DNA of 64,000 bases from a virus. Numbering within the stretch: position 1 is the first letter of the stretch; every line of letters begins with the position of its first letter. The stretch spans positions 64,001 to 128,000 of IMG/VR virus record IMGVR_UViG_3300035182_000826. One strand, given 5' to 3'. Positions 47,667 through 57,523 of the stretch are shown piece by piece. Below the pieces are notes generated by a model, which made no database searches, was not told the origin of the DNA, and saw only the letters and a program-made list of their open reading frames with translations. The position numbers and the translations under genes were made by a program.

Positions 47667-48107
47667 ATGACTAAATTCACGACCCTGTGCTCTTTGATTG
47701 AGGCTAAAGAGCTAACGCGCCCAATGTCAAAGAAGCACTTGACACAGCGCGCTTCAGTTGCGGCTGATGATGAAAAGGAGCTTGATCTTGGCGTGGTTGA
47801 TATGAAGATCAAGCAAAAGAGACCGCACGGTGATACATCGAAAGTTGATCATAAGCTGGCTGAAAGCATTTCTGATGACGCACGCAAGATTGCAGCAGAG
47901 CTACTTGGCACCACTGTTGACAAGATGGTACCTGTTTCTCATGATCAAGAAGAACAGGTCCTTGACACCGGAAGAGAGCTGCATAAGGAGTTTCTTGACT
48001 CTGCAGCTGGTAAGTGGGTTATCAGACTGTTCAGAGCCATCGGTCGTCGGTTCGTCAGAATCGAAATGAACGATCAGAATGAGACATACACGACACTGGG
48101 GCCATGA
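47667..48107 (+). CDS. hypothetical protein, putative head-packaged
   Basis: TAAATA at 47638; LIEA and LAES motifs. Confidence 0.7.
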   Translation: MTKFTTLCSLIEAKELTRPMSKKHLTQRASVAADDEKELDLGVVDMKIKQKRPHGDTSKVDHKLAESISDDARKIAAELLGTTVDKMVPVSHDQEEQVLDTGRELHKEFLDSAAGKWVIRLFRAIGRRFVRIEMNDQNETYTTLGP

Positions 48108-48198
48108 TGACACTGGACAAGTTTACAACAACCCAAAGTCTCTTGACTATCATGATGAAGTTGATACTGCAAGCCTAAATAGCTTAGGAGACTAAATC

Positions 48199-48729
48199 AT
48201 GCCAACACCTCTAATTAAGAGCCTTGCTAAAAAATCTGGTAAATCAATTCCACGAGCTGAAAAGATGTGGCGCAAGGCAAAGGACATCGTTGCTAAAGAG
48301 TATGGTGAAGAGAATTATGCGCTTGTCGCAGGCATCACGAAAAAGATGCTTGGTCTGAAGGAAAGCATTCAGGACGATGAGATCAATGAACTGCTAGCCA
48401 TGTTGTTCAAGGCGCGTGATGTAACTCACAAGTTACATTGGGGGACAAAGTCATTCTCTGTTCATATGGCGCTCGGTGATCTGTACGAAACACTCATTGA
48501 CCTAGCAGATGAACTCGCCGAGATGTACATGGGAAAGTACGGTGATCTGAAGGTTCCTGAATCCACTATTCAGTTCACAATGAACCCTGAGCAATTCATC
48601 ATTGAACTCAGCCGTTCATTAGAGGCATTCAAATCACACATGGTTCAGGATGGCTGGTTTATCAACAAGTATGAAGAGCTTCAGGGTGAAGTTCAGCGCG
48701 TTGCTTACAAAATCAAGAATCTGAGATGA
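48199..48729 (+). CDS. Dps/ferritin-like (DUF5856-like) protein with N-terminal extension
   Basis: HKLHWGTKSFSVHMALGDLYE..DELAEMYMGKYG. Confidence 0.75.
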   Translation: MPTPLIKSLAKKSGKSIPRAEKMWRKAKDIVAKEYGEENYALVAGITKKMLGLKESIQDDEINELLAMLFKARDVTHKLHWGTKSFSVHMALGDLYETLIDLADELAEMYMGKYGDLKVPESTIQFTMNPEQFIIELSRSLEAFKSHMVQDGWFINKYEELQGEVQRVAYKIKNLR

Positions 48730-48947
48730 GCTCCCCATCTGCATTCAAAAAGTCTTCAGTGAAGTTCACTAGGCTATCCCCAATGCCTAAAAATAGACCT
48801 TACACAATTCCTGAGATTGAAAAGGCCTTGAAAGCACTTCACAAAATGGTTCATGACCAGGCCGAAAGGTACGGTGGTGAGCACTCTGAGCTAGTGAAAG
48901 CTGGTATTGCTGAAAGTCTGTTAAAGGAGATAAACAGCAAAACGTAA
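48726..48947 (+). CDS. hypothetical protein
   Basis: ATGA-coupled ORF. Confidence 0.6.
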   Translation: MSSPSAFKKSSVKFTRLSPMPKNRPYTIPEIEKALKALHKMVHDQAERYGGEHSELVKAGIAESLLKEINSKT

Positions 48948-48959
48948 CATGGAGCTGTA

Positions 48960-50504
48960 ATGGCTAGAAATCCAAACTTGAAAAGAGCGCACGACACGTG
49001 CGAATACGACCTTGAAAAGGTGCAAGAGTTACAGAAGTGCACACAAGACCCAATCTACTTCATGACGAAGTACGTCAAGGTTCAGCACCCTACTAAGGGT
49101 GCTGTTCCATTTGATCTGTACGAGTATCAGATAGAAATGGTTCGTGCAATTCATGAAAACAAAGACACATTGCTATTGTGTTCACGCCAGATGGGTAAAA
49201 CAACCGTGGCGGCAATGTACATTCTTTGGTTCGCGCTGTTCCACAAGGCAAAGCGCTGTGTGATTGCTTCTAAGGCAATGTCACATGCAGTTGAAATTCA
49301 ATCACGTATCAAGTTCGCTTATGAAGAACTACCAATGTGGTTGAAAGCTGGTTGCACGTTCTACAATCGCACGTCAATTGAATTTGACAACAAATCAGTC
49401 ATCATTTGTGAAGCAACGTCTGATAAAACTGGTCGTGGTAGCTCTCCAGCTATCATCTTCCTAGACGAAATTGCGTTCATTCCACGCCGCATTCAGGATG
49501 AAATGTGGGGGTCACTGACACCTGCACTCTCAACTGGTGGTAAGTTCATCATTTCATCGACTCCAAATGGCGACTCAGATCTGTTTGCTCAGTTATGGCG
49601 TGCTGCAAATTCGAAACAGAACAACTTTGTTCCATTGAGATTCTTGTGGTGGCAACACCCGGATCGCGGAGAAGCGTACTACAAGGAAATGGTTGGCAAG
49701 CTTGGTGAGCTTCGCGCGCGTCAAGAGCTAGACTGTGAGTTCTTGTCAAGTGACGCACTGTTGGTTTCCTCAATTGTTCTACAAAGTCTCCGTTGGAAGC
49801 CACCAATCTTCGCGTCAATGGGTTTCAAGTTCTGGTGGCCTGAAGAGCTGCTATGCGGTCCTAACAACATCTTCATGGTGGCAATGGATCCAGCGTCAGG
49901 AACTGGCAAAGACTTCTCCGTGATTGAGATTTTCGAGTTCAACACCATGGAGCAGGTTGGAGAATTCAGATCGAACGAAATCAACATTCCATTGCTATAC
50001 GCGAAGCTACAGTGGGTATTGAAGTTCTTAGCAAGAAAGACTGTTGGCGGTAGTGCTGAGATTCTGTGGACCTTTGAACGCAACGGGCTTGGTGAGGCAA
50101 TTGCAGCTCTGTACTGCAACGATGACAAGCGTGTTGACGAGGCTGAGTTGCTAAGTGATCACCCAATGAAGTTTGGTTTGTACACAACCGGCAAACAGAA
50201 GGTGCTCTCATGTCTGCAGCTAAAAACGCTTGTTGAGAAGACAACAAGTGGCTTTAAACTGAACTCAGAGGACTTGATCGCAGAGCTCAAGGAATTCGTT
50301 TCAAAGGGTGGTGGGTACGAAGCAAAGTCTGGTGCAACTGACGACTGCGTCATGGCGACGGTTGGTATCACTCGCCTGTTGAAGCGGCTAAGTGAGTACA
50401 ACGACAAGGCGTTCAGAACAGTGAACGAGTATCTTGATCCGGAACAGGATCAACTTGTTCCGATGGATGAGTCTAGCTTGCCAGTTCCATTCTCAATATC
50501 CTGA
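48960..50504 (+). CDS. terL: terminase large subunit (T4 gp17-like)
   Basis: SRQMGKTT, FLDEIAF, SSTPNG, MDPASGTGKD, DDCVMA. Confidence 0.96.
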   Translation: MARNPNLKRAHDTCEYDLEKVQELQKCTQDPIYFMTKYVKVQHPTKGAVPFDLYEYQIEMVRAIHENKDTLLLCSRQMGKTTVAAMYILWFALFHKAKRCVIASKAMSHAVEIQSRIKFAYEELPMWLKAGCTFYNRTSIEFDNKSVIICEATSDKTGRGSSPAIIFLDEIAFIPRRIQDEMWGSLTPALSTGGKFIISSTPNGDSDLFAQLWRAANSKQNNFVPLRFLWWQHPDRGEAYYKEMVGKLGELRARQELDCEFLSSDALLVSSIVLQSLRWKPPIFASMGFKFWWPEELLCGPNNIFMVAMDPASGTGKDFSVIEIFEFNTMEQVGEFRSNEINIPLLYAKLQWVLKFLARKTVGGSAEILWTFERNGLGEAIAALYCNDDKRVDEAELLSDHPMKFGLYTTGKQKVLSCLQLKTLVEKTTSGFKLNSEDLIAELKEFVSKGGGYEAKSGATDDCVMATVGITRLLKRLSEYNDKAFRTVNEYLDPEQDQLVPMDESSLPVPFSIS

Positions 50505-50555
50505 ACCCCAAAATTGCGATTTTGGGTTCATGTTTAAGGCATACAATGCCACATC

Positions 50556-50798
50556 ATGGACAAAATCGCAATTTTTTGGTGTTCTCCTGAAGGGGCACCC
50601 CACGTAAGCTTCCTACCAGAGTCTGAATTGCTTCAGACGTTGGACATCATCAAGCAACTGAAACAAGACGGCATGCTTCACGTGACACAGTCGTTTGAAC
50701 CGTCTGGTATGGTGGGGGCGTCAACTTTCGGTGCTGTTGAAAATGGCAAGCTGCCGAACGGCGACACCTATGACTGGATGAAGCGGAGACGAGCATGA
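50556..50798 (+). CDS. hypothetical protein
   Basis: Upstream TACAAT and inverted repeat; GKLPNGDTYDWMKRR C-terminus. Confidence 0.65.
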   Translation: MDKIAIFWCSPEGAPHVSFLPESELLQTLDIIKQLKQDGMLHVTQSFEPSGMVGASTFGAVENGKLPNGDTYDWMKRRRA

Positions 50799-50900
50799 GC
50801 TACGCGCTGTTCTCAAACGGGCGTGAATTGAACATGATCTTCACCGCGTTTCAGCAATCAAGCTGAACTCGTCACTTTCCTCAAAGAACAATTCAAGTAA

Positions 50901-51110
50901 ATGCAAATTCAAGTTGGTATGGCTGTCGATGCCGAGTTTCTCGGCAAGCGTGAGCGTTGTGGCAAGATCGCCACAATCACCAAAACACAACGTGTCAAAA
51001 CTGATCTTGGTGTGAATTTTCGTTTCGTCCCAGGCGACAATGTCTGGATCACCCAGAAGGGGCAGCGCCTAGTGTCTGCCCAGAGCGAGGAACTCCTCAA
51101 TGCGGCGTAG
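50901..51110 (+). CDS. small hypothetical protein
   Basis: 69-aa ORF. Confidence 0.55.
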   Translation: MQIQVGMAVDAEFLGKRERCGKIATITKTQRVKTDLGVNFRFVPGDNVWITQKGQRLVSAQSEELLNAA

Positions 51111-51321
51111 TCAAATATCTGATAACGCAGCTGTAGCAGACTACTGTTTGCTACTCTTATCACACAGGTGGACATTTGACAATCGAGATGCCAAGCGGCA
51201 CGCGAAGTTGATTTCGCCAGGTGGTAAAAAATATCCGGTGCCATCCGCGCCTGATAACAGAGGTGGATTAAATTTCATCTCTCACGTGAAGCGAGATCCG
51301 CACGCCGTGCCACCGAAATGA
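51100..51321 (+). CDS. HicA-like dsRBD-fold protein
   Basis: W...KRHAKLISPGGKKYPVPSAP.DNRGGLNF pattern. Confidence 0.45.
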   Translation: MRRSQISDNAAVADYCLLLLSHRWTFDNRDAKRHAKLISPGGKKYPVPSAPDNRGGLNFISHVKRDPHAVPPK

Positions 51322-51347
51322 AGAGAGGGACCCTAGGGTCCCTCTCT
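51322..51347. terminator. palindromic terminator between convergent genes
   Basis: AGAGAGGGACCCTAGGGTCCCTCTCT. Confidence 0.7.
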
Positions 51348-51391
51348 CGTTTTGCCTTACACCGTTTTACGTTTGGTGCAACCGGGGTGTG

Positions 51392-52129
51392 TTAGGCGGC
51401 ACGGCGAACTACTCGTTCATCTGGACCATCGAGATGCAGCAGAATCGTCTTCACGATTTCTGAACGCTGAACGTCACTGGTCATGAATTGAACTACGTTG
51501 ATCTTGTTTGACTTCCCAGCCAAACGTCTCACGATGTAGTCTAAGCCGTTCTCTTGGACTCGAATCAGATCACTCTGAGATGAGTCACCATTGATCACGA
51601 ACTGTGAGTACTCGCCGATACGAGTGACAAACAGCTTGATCTGTTCAACTGTTGTGTTTTGGGCTTCATCAAGAATCACAAAACTGTTGTTGAACGTTCT
51701 ACCCCGCATGTAGGCCAGCGGCGCGAACTCAACCAACCCACCATCAAGCATCTTCTTTGTCATGGTAGGACCGATTAAGTCTTCCATGGCGTCAAGCAAA
51801 GGTTTGAGGTAAGGGGCAATCTTCTCTTCGAAGGTGCCTGGGAGAAAACCAAGACTTTCTCCAGCCTCACACACTGGGCGTGTGATAACAATCTTTGACA
51901 CTTCTTTGCTCAACAGCTTTTCAAGTGCCACTGCCATGGCCAGGAATGATTTTCCTGTACCAGCGGGACCGACACCGATTGTGAGTGGCTGCTCACGCAG
52001 TGACTCTAGATACTGTGACTGTGCAAAGGTCTTTGCTTGAGGTTTGAATTTCAGCTTGATGACTTTTTCTCCTTCAGGATTAATTGGTTGAGGATACTTT
52101 TGCGCTGTGTTTGCGAGCCTTCTACCCAT
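51392..52129 (-). CDS. phoH: PhoH-family ATPase
   Basis: GPAGTGKS, TRP, GFLPG, AYMRGRTF, LDEAQN, TRIGE, GD..QSD. Confidence 0.95.
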   Translation of the reverse strand: MGRRLANTAQKYPQPINPEGEKVIKLKFKPQAKTFAQSQYLESLREQPLTIGVGPAGTGKSFLAMAVALEKLLSKEVSKIVITRPVCEAGESLGFLPGTFEEKIAPYLKPLLDAMEDLIGPTMTKKMLDGGLVEFAPLAYMRGRTFNNSFVILDEAQNTTVEQIKLFVTRIGEYSQFVINGDSSQSDLIRVQENGLDYIVRRLAGKSNKINVVQFMTSDVQRSEIVKTILLHLDGPDERVVRRAA

Positions 52130-52299
52130 GTGATTCTCCTACAGAATGGGTGTTGCAAAGATGCGTTTGAAAACGCACGACCTGGCAGCGGGGCCGTAGT
52201 GCTGTGTTGTGCAACCAATTTGTTGACACCGTATTGTAGGAGTAGGCCCATACCAGTTTCAAGAACAGCGTTGCGAACCAACAGCAACGCTGGAGAACC

Positions 52300-52683
52300 T
52301 TAGTCTTGCTTTTGAAGCACGAAGCGGATCCATTCCGCCGTGTTGTTGCAAGAGTGGTGAAGCATTGATTCACCAGCAGCAATGCAGTCTAGCAAATATT
52401 GCGCCAGGCGTGCTTGCTCAGGACCTGATAGAGCTTCGATTGCAGCTCTTGATGCTTCTGTAGTGCTCTCGTCACCGTACGTGACAGGACCATTCAGATT
52501 CAGATCTGCGCTCTTTAGCCCATTTTTGAAAAACCCAGCTACTCGTGCAATTGCTAGTATCTGGTAGTTGTTAGTTACCCCACCAGCATCAACAACCTCT
52601 TTGAGGGTTAGATCAAGCAACATGTTTGTATGCGTTGGTGCACCAAACGTAACTTCATTTTCGATTAGCTGTAGTAGTTTCAT
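52300..52683 (-). CDS. hypothetical protein, putative head-packaged
   Basis: Starts MKLLQLIEN; reverse TAAATA at 52712. Confidence 0.7.
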   Translation of the reverse strand: MKLLQLIENEVTFGAPTHTNMLLDLTLKEVVDAGGVTNNYQILAIARVAGFFKNGLKSADLNLNGPVTYGDESTTEASRAAIEALSGPEQARLAQYLLDCIAAGESMLHHSCNNTAEWIRFVLQKQD

Positions 52684-52760
52684 TTTGGGCTACTGAGTTG
52701 TTGTATGTTTTTATTTACAACCGTGCGTTGTAGATACAGTAAGACAACTTGGAAATCACA

Positions 52761-52979
52761 ATGACCACAACTTGGGTTGACACAGAGACATCAGCAATTC
52801 CACCACATTCAACATGGGCTGCACTTGACGACATGGCGCTTCTGAAAGTCAAGGCCGCCTTGATGAACAGGCTTTACATCGCTGGGGCGAATCAAATGTA
52901 TGCAATTCCGCTGAGACATGGAATTGCTGAGATCGAGGCCATTCTGATGGATCGACTAAATAAGCCTGCTGGATCTTGA
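52761..52979 (+). CDS. hypothetical protein
   Basis: Short ORF divergent from the previous gene. Confidence 0.55.
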   Translation: MTTTWVDTETSAIPPHSTWAALDDMALLKVKAALMNRLYIAGANQMYAIPLRHGIAEIEAILMDRLNKPAGS

Positions 52980-53023
52980 TAGCTAGCACCAGCAATTGTT
53001 TCAGCTAGCGGAACGGAGAACTC

Positions 53024-55099
53024 ATGGCTTATACTCTTTCTTGGACCTCACCGGGCCTTCCATACATTCAGAAGCAGAACAGCATCACAGTGCCAACTGC
53101 TGGAACTGTGTCAAATGCAGCTTCTATCAGCTTGACGGGCCGCGGCGCCCCAAACTACGGTGTCGTGCAGCAGCAAAACCTTTTGAAGCTGCTTGAAAAC
53201 TTTGCAGGCCCATCATCACCAAGCTATCCAACTGTTGGTCAACTGTGGTATGACACTGATGCCAAGGTCCTGAAGCTTTGCACAGACACACCAACTGCGA
53301 CTTCAACTGATACGATCTGGAAGGGAATGAGCTTCGTACAAGTTGGAAGCACCGCGCCAACTTCACCAGCAATTGGCGACCTCTGGTTCAATGTCACTGG
53401 CACGAACTCTGGAATCATGTACGTGTACACAGGTCTTGGTCGCTTTCCAGAGCAGACATGGACGAGCACTGGGTATTACCCAACAGCAGTTAGCACTACA
53501 CTAGCCGTGAAGAACAACTATGATAGCTTCACAAACATGAATCCAGGTGAAGGATATTTGCACGGGTTCAGCGCTGGTGTTTCCGCTGACGTTGATGGAA
53601 GTGTACTAATCAACGGAACAGCTGTCACAATTCCACGTGGTATTCTGTACAGCTCTTATCCTGTTTCGAATGGAATACTTGTTTACAGCGCAAACGGCTT
53701 CTCAATCGGAGCTGGAACAGTTAATGTTGTGATCGCATATGAGTTGGCAGACGGTACGTGGCTGTACGACAACAACGCTGGCTTTGTCACATTCACTCCA
53801 GACAACACAATGTATGCCATTGGGCTTGCAACAGTAACGAGTGTTGACCCGGCCACATCCGGCAGCACGTCTTACGGACTATCATCAACTACAGTATGGC
53901 CATCTGGCATCAGCCTTTCAAAGATCCATCAATTCTCTGAATCGTCTATTGCAAATGGCAAGATTGGTGGATGGGAGCAGCTGTACCCTACACCAAATGT
54001 TGTTGGCGGTCGTGATGAGTATAACTACATCTTTGACATGGTGTACTCATTCATTGGAAGCCCAACTCTGGAAGGTGGCGCGGGTGGCGCGAACGCCATT
54101 GGCAAGAACATTACGTACCTGTCACCACTGAAGTCTCTGACTGCGTCACTTGAAACCGTCGCATCAACAATCACTGACTCGAATGTGTTTGTGAATGGAG
54201 CATATGGTGATTTGACAGTTCAACCAACGTCATATGATTGGGATCGTCTATTGGCTGCTGCTAGATATGCTCTGGCACGTCTTGAGCTTCCATCTTCACT
54301 TGTGTCAAGCATCTCAAACACTCCATTTGTGTCAGACAAGCAAGCTGTTGACACAACAATCAACTTGCCAAGCGCAAGGTATGCGAACAACACGCTGTCA
54401 ACTGCAACAATGCTTCGCACCTATCAAGAAACAGCGAACGCGCTGCAATCAGCACTCCAGAACAGGTATGTGCTGAAGGGCATGCTTGGCGCTTCAGGCA
54501 CGAACACCACATTCAACAGTGAAGTGTCAGTTGTTCAGCAAGCGGCGTTTAACGCCGCTGTGACAGGCTCACAACTAGCCTCTTCAGTCACACATGGTCT
54601 CTCGTTCAGGTTCAATGTCTTGAATCCAGAGGCAAAGAACTTCTTCACCGCGGGTCAGGCAATTGAGATCTTGCTAGCTCACTCTGGAACATCAACTGCT
54701 GCTGACACCGCGCTGCGGAACTTGCTGTCATCTTACGGTCGCTTTAGACTCACAATGGATGAGCTATTTGTGATGACCCCATCAACAACTCCAAGCCTTT
54801 CAGTTGAACCTGTCTCTGGTGGTTTTGAGTCACTGTCAACGTCAAGCACGACTTTGTTCAGCATCTCAGTTGGTACAGCAGCAATCACTGTTCGTGGTCT
54901 CATCTCATCTGCTAGCAATCTTCCATATGTGCAGCTATTTGTTGACGTGACTGCTGGCGGTTTAACGACTGGAACATTGAACGTGACGTGGAACACCATT
55001 GTTGATAACACGCAGTATGGCTCGCCGGCCACTTACGTCTTCCCGCGTCCACTAACATACACGGCCACCGACAAATTGGGTTCTAGCATTTTTGTGTAA
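53024..55099 (+). CDS. virion fibre/baseplate-associated structural protein
   Basis: LTGRG..NYG...QNLLKLLENFA..P..PTVGQLWYD; Ser/Thr-rich. Confidence 0.75.
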   Translation: MAYTLSWTSPGLPYIQKQNSITVPTAGTVSNAASISLTGRGAPNYGVVQQQNLLKLLENFAGPSSPSYPTVGQLWYDTDAKVLKLCTDTPTATSTDTIWKGMSFVQVGSTAPTSPAIGDLWFNVTGTNSGIMYVYTGLGRFPEQTWTSTGYYPTAVSTTLAVKNNYDSFTNMNPGEGYLHGFSAGVSADVDGSVLINGTAVTIPRGILYSSYPVSNGILVYSANGFSIGAGTVNVVIAYELADGTWLYDNNAGFVTFTPDNTMYAIGLATVTSVDPATSGSTSYGLSSTTVWPSGISLSKIHQFSESSIANGKIGGWEQLYPTPNVVGGRDEYNYIFDMVYSFIGSPTLEGGAGGANAIGKNITYLSPLKSLTASLETVASTITDSNVFVNGAYGDLTVQPTSYDWDRLLAAARYALARLELPSSLVSSISNTPFVSDKQAVDTTINLPSARYANNTLSTATMLRTYQETANALQSALQNRYVLKGMLGASGTNTTFNSEVSVVQQAAFNAAVTGSQLASSVTHGLSFRFNVLNPEAKNFFTAGQAIEILLAHSGTSTAADTALRNLLSSYGRFRLTMDELFVMTPSTTPSLSVEPVSGGFESLSTSSTTLFSISVGTAAITVRGLISSASNLPYVQLFVDVTAGGLTTGTLNVTWNTIVDNTQYGSPATYVFPRPLTYTATDKLGSSIFV

Positions 55100-55186
55100 C
55101 CCGAACGAACACAAAAATTGTGTTGTACAGGACTATAACTTCGGCCTAAAATCGCCTCAACAAATACAAACGCGAGGAGTGATACG

Positions 55187-55480
55187 GTGGCGAGAAGTCC
55201 TATTGTGTCGGTCGGTCAAGTGTATCTACATGGTGCACTGAACGAGTATGCAGTGGTCACGAAGTCCTACCAGGGAGAAATTTTCTTTTCTGGTCCCGGG
55301 TTCAGTGGCAAGAATGAAGTCTCAGCGTTCTTGAGCAACTTCGGCCCGGTCGACCCGGTCGATTTGACACCGCTCGAACAAGCGCAGCTCTTGCAGTTCA
55401 TGCAATTGCTGCCGAATGCACCGTGCCTCAGCGTTGGCTGGGTTGGTGATTACGACGATTCCTTCTTCGACGAAGAGTAA
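55187..55480 (+). CDS. hypothetical protein
   Basis: GAGGAG RBS; hairpin at 55479-55503. Confidence 0.65.
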   Translation: MARSPIVSVGQVYLHGALNEYAVVTKSYQGEIFFSGPGFSGKNEVSAFLSNFGPVDPVDLTPLEQAQLLQFMQLLPNAPCLSVGWVGDYDDSFFDEE

Positions 55481-55575
55481 TGGGGGCAATTGCCCCCATT
55501 TTCGCATGAATCAAAAACACCAGCGAGCGTACCCGTGACCCGTGGCGTGTTGCCGACAAAATAAGGAGAAATGAC

Positions 55576-55824
55576 GTGTCAACAGTTCTTACCTCAAGAC
55601 GTCAAATCGAACCGCCAAAGCGAAAAGACGTTGAACAGCTGCTTACCATCTATCAGTCATTGGCAGAGGCAAGAGAATTTCTCGGTATGTCAATGCCCTA
55701 CAATAGCGGTCGGATCATCAGCCCAGAATTAGAGCTGTCGGCCGACGATATCAGAGCGCTACTGAGAAACTTATCTTTTGAGTTCACCTCTTTCTTTCAG
55801 GAACTGAAAGCCACTAAGGCCTGA
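55576..55824 (+). CDS. hypothetical protein
   Basis: AAGGAG RBS. Confidence 0.55.
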   Translation: MSTVLTSRRQIEPPKRKDVEQLLTIYQSLAEAREFLGMSMPYNSGRIISPELELSADDIRALLRNLSFEFTSFFQELKATKA

Positions 55825-56224
55825 CAAGAACAGCCTCGGCACCAAAGGTCGCAGTGTAATCACTGGCGACCTTTTTCTCCACCTGGTGTATCTCTTCTCT
55901 TGATAGGCCTGAGAAGAGAATCGTGAAGCACAACGTTATCCTCTTTGCGTTGCCAAGAATCTCCGGTGTGTAAAGCCTTGAGATTCCTACCTTTGTTGAC
56001 ACACGTGCTTGCTTCAGTGCAGACTTGTGCTTGCTCGCCCGTGTTGCAGGCGAGCGCGTCTGCCCAATGTACCAAAACACCTGTCCATCCACATCAATGG
56101 ACAGCTCATAGACTGAGTAGGTGTTATCCTGGTGTTTTGAAAAATCAGTGATCATGTCAATCAGTACTGTGCTTAGGTAGTCCTTGTACTGATCAGCAAT
56201 CTCATCTAAAGAATACGTGATCAT
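55814..56224 (-). CDS. GIY-YIG nuclease
   Basis: SVYEL...WYIGQT..PATRASKH...E. Confidence 0.7.
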   Translation of the reverse strand: MITYSLDEIADQYKDYLSTVLIDMITDFSKHQDNTYSVYELSIDVDGQVFWYIGQTRSPATRASKHKSALKQARVSTKVGISRLYTPEILGNAKRITLCFTILFSGLSREEIHQVEKKVASDYTATFGAEAVLVRP

Positions 56225-56267
56225 GTGCCGCCAATAGTTTCGCGGCAAGTATTTATTGTACTGAAAA

Positions 56268-56339
56268 TGTAACGACCGTGTTCGGCCTGATCAGGTCGTT
56301 ACACTTTCTGGTGTTCACCAGAAAAAATCATGTTATAGT
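56268..56339 (+). promoter_or_regulatory. inverted repeat plus extended -10 promoter
   Basis: TGTAACGACC-N16-GGTCGTTACA then TGTTATAGT. Confidence 0.5.
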
Positions 56340-56381
56340 TCCAACATCAACAAACAACGCCAAATACTAGGAGTGTTCAAC

Positions 56382-57404
56382 ATGGCAGTTGCTCAAGTTT
56401 CTTGGAATCCGAGTCAAGCCCGCTGGGAAGCCACCTTTGGTGGCCGAGTGATCGCTTCGAACCGGAACTTCTCTGGTGGCGTCGACTACCTCCGTCGTGT
56501 GATCGAAGGCGGCTTCAGCCAGAAGGCCAAGAACCTCGGTATCGACAAGATCGAAGTCCTGCAAGCGTCGACTGCGCTGTCGAACGTTGTGAACGGCACG
56601 ATGAACTCCGATGATGAGTTGGCTCCGGAGCCACTGCGCAGTCTGGATGATGAATTCCCGATCAACGAGCGCTTCGCGATCATGACTGACTACGTCGAGA
56701 TGGTCGCTGAAAAGCAACTCGCATCAACGATCGTGACCGGTGAAGGCGGTCTCGGCAAGTCATTCACGGTGATGCGCACGCTGCGAGCCTGCGGCCTGGA
56801 AGACACCGACAAGTACCTCGGTGCCAAGGAAATCGGCTCTTCGTTCGATGGCTTCCGCGGCTACAAGGTCATCAAGGGGTACTCCACCGCGAAGGGTCTG
56901 TACCGCACGCTGTACGAGTATCGGAACCAGATCGTTGTGTTTGACGACTGTGACTCCATCTTGAAGGATGCGAACGCGGTGAACGTGCTCAAGGCTGCCC
57001 TTGACAGCTACGATGTTCGAATCGTGTCGTGGAATGCCGAATCGATGATGGGTGATGATGACCTGCCGCGCAGCTTCGAGTTCACTGGCGGCGTGATCTT
57101 CATCTCGAACCTTCCGAAGTACAAGGTGCCGCAAGCCATTCGCTCTCGTGCCATGTGTGCCGATGTGAGCATGTCCCGCGATGAAGTCATCGAGCGCATG
57201 CAAGTCATCATTGAGTCTGACGAGTTCATGCCGAACTTCTCGATGGAGCATAAGCGTGAAGCCCTCCAGTTCGTGTCTGATCATCGTGATGATCCGCTGA
57301 TCGCTGAACTGAACCTTCGCTCGCTGGTGAACGCGGTCAAGGCCCGTGAAGCCAAGCCGGACTCGTGGGAGCGTCTCGCCCTGTACTCCATGGCGAACTC
57401 CTAA
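56382..57404 (+). CDS. AAA+ ATPase (early paralog)
   Basis: GEGGLGKS, VFDDCDS, LKAALD, FTGGVIFISN, AIRSR; GC-richer codons. Confidence 0.88.
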   Translation: MAVAQVSWNPSQARWEATFGGRVIASNRNFSGGVDYLRRVIEGGFSQKAKNLGIDKIEVLQASTALSNVVNGTMNSDDELAPEPLRSLDDEFPINERFAIMTDYVEMVAEKQLASTIVTGEGGLGKSFTVMRTLRACGLEDTDKYLGAKEIGSSFDGFRGYKVIKGYSTAKGLYRTLYEYRNQIVVFDDCDSILKDANAVNVLKAALDSYDVRIVSWNAESMMGDDDLPRSFEFTGGVIFISNLPKYKVPQAIRSRAMCADVSMSRDEVIERMQVIIESDEFMPNFSMEHKREALQFVSDHRDDPLIAELNLRSLVNAVKAREAKPDSWERLALYSMANS

Positions 57405-57484
57405 TCCCCTTATCAAACTCAAGATTTTGAAAGGTTGATCTGAACTCCTAGTGCCTGACTCCTTTGCAGTTGCCAGGCCCTCTT

Positions 57485-57520
57485 AGGCCCTACAGCGAAA
57501 GTTGTAGGGCCATTTTTTAT
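57485..57520 (+). terminator. intrinsic terminator
   Basis: GGCCCTACAGC-GAAA-GTTGTAGGGCC plus T-tract. Confidence 0.85.
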
Positions 57521-57523
57521 TCT

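Noticed and set aside
52051-52382. Short ORFs upstream of phoH
   Set aside because: They overlap neighbouring genes and lack an RBS; more likely an untranslated leader.
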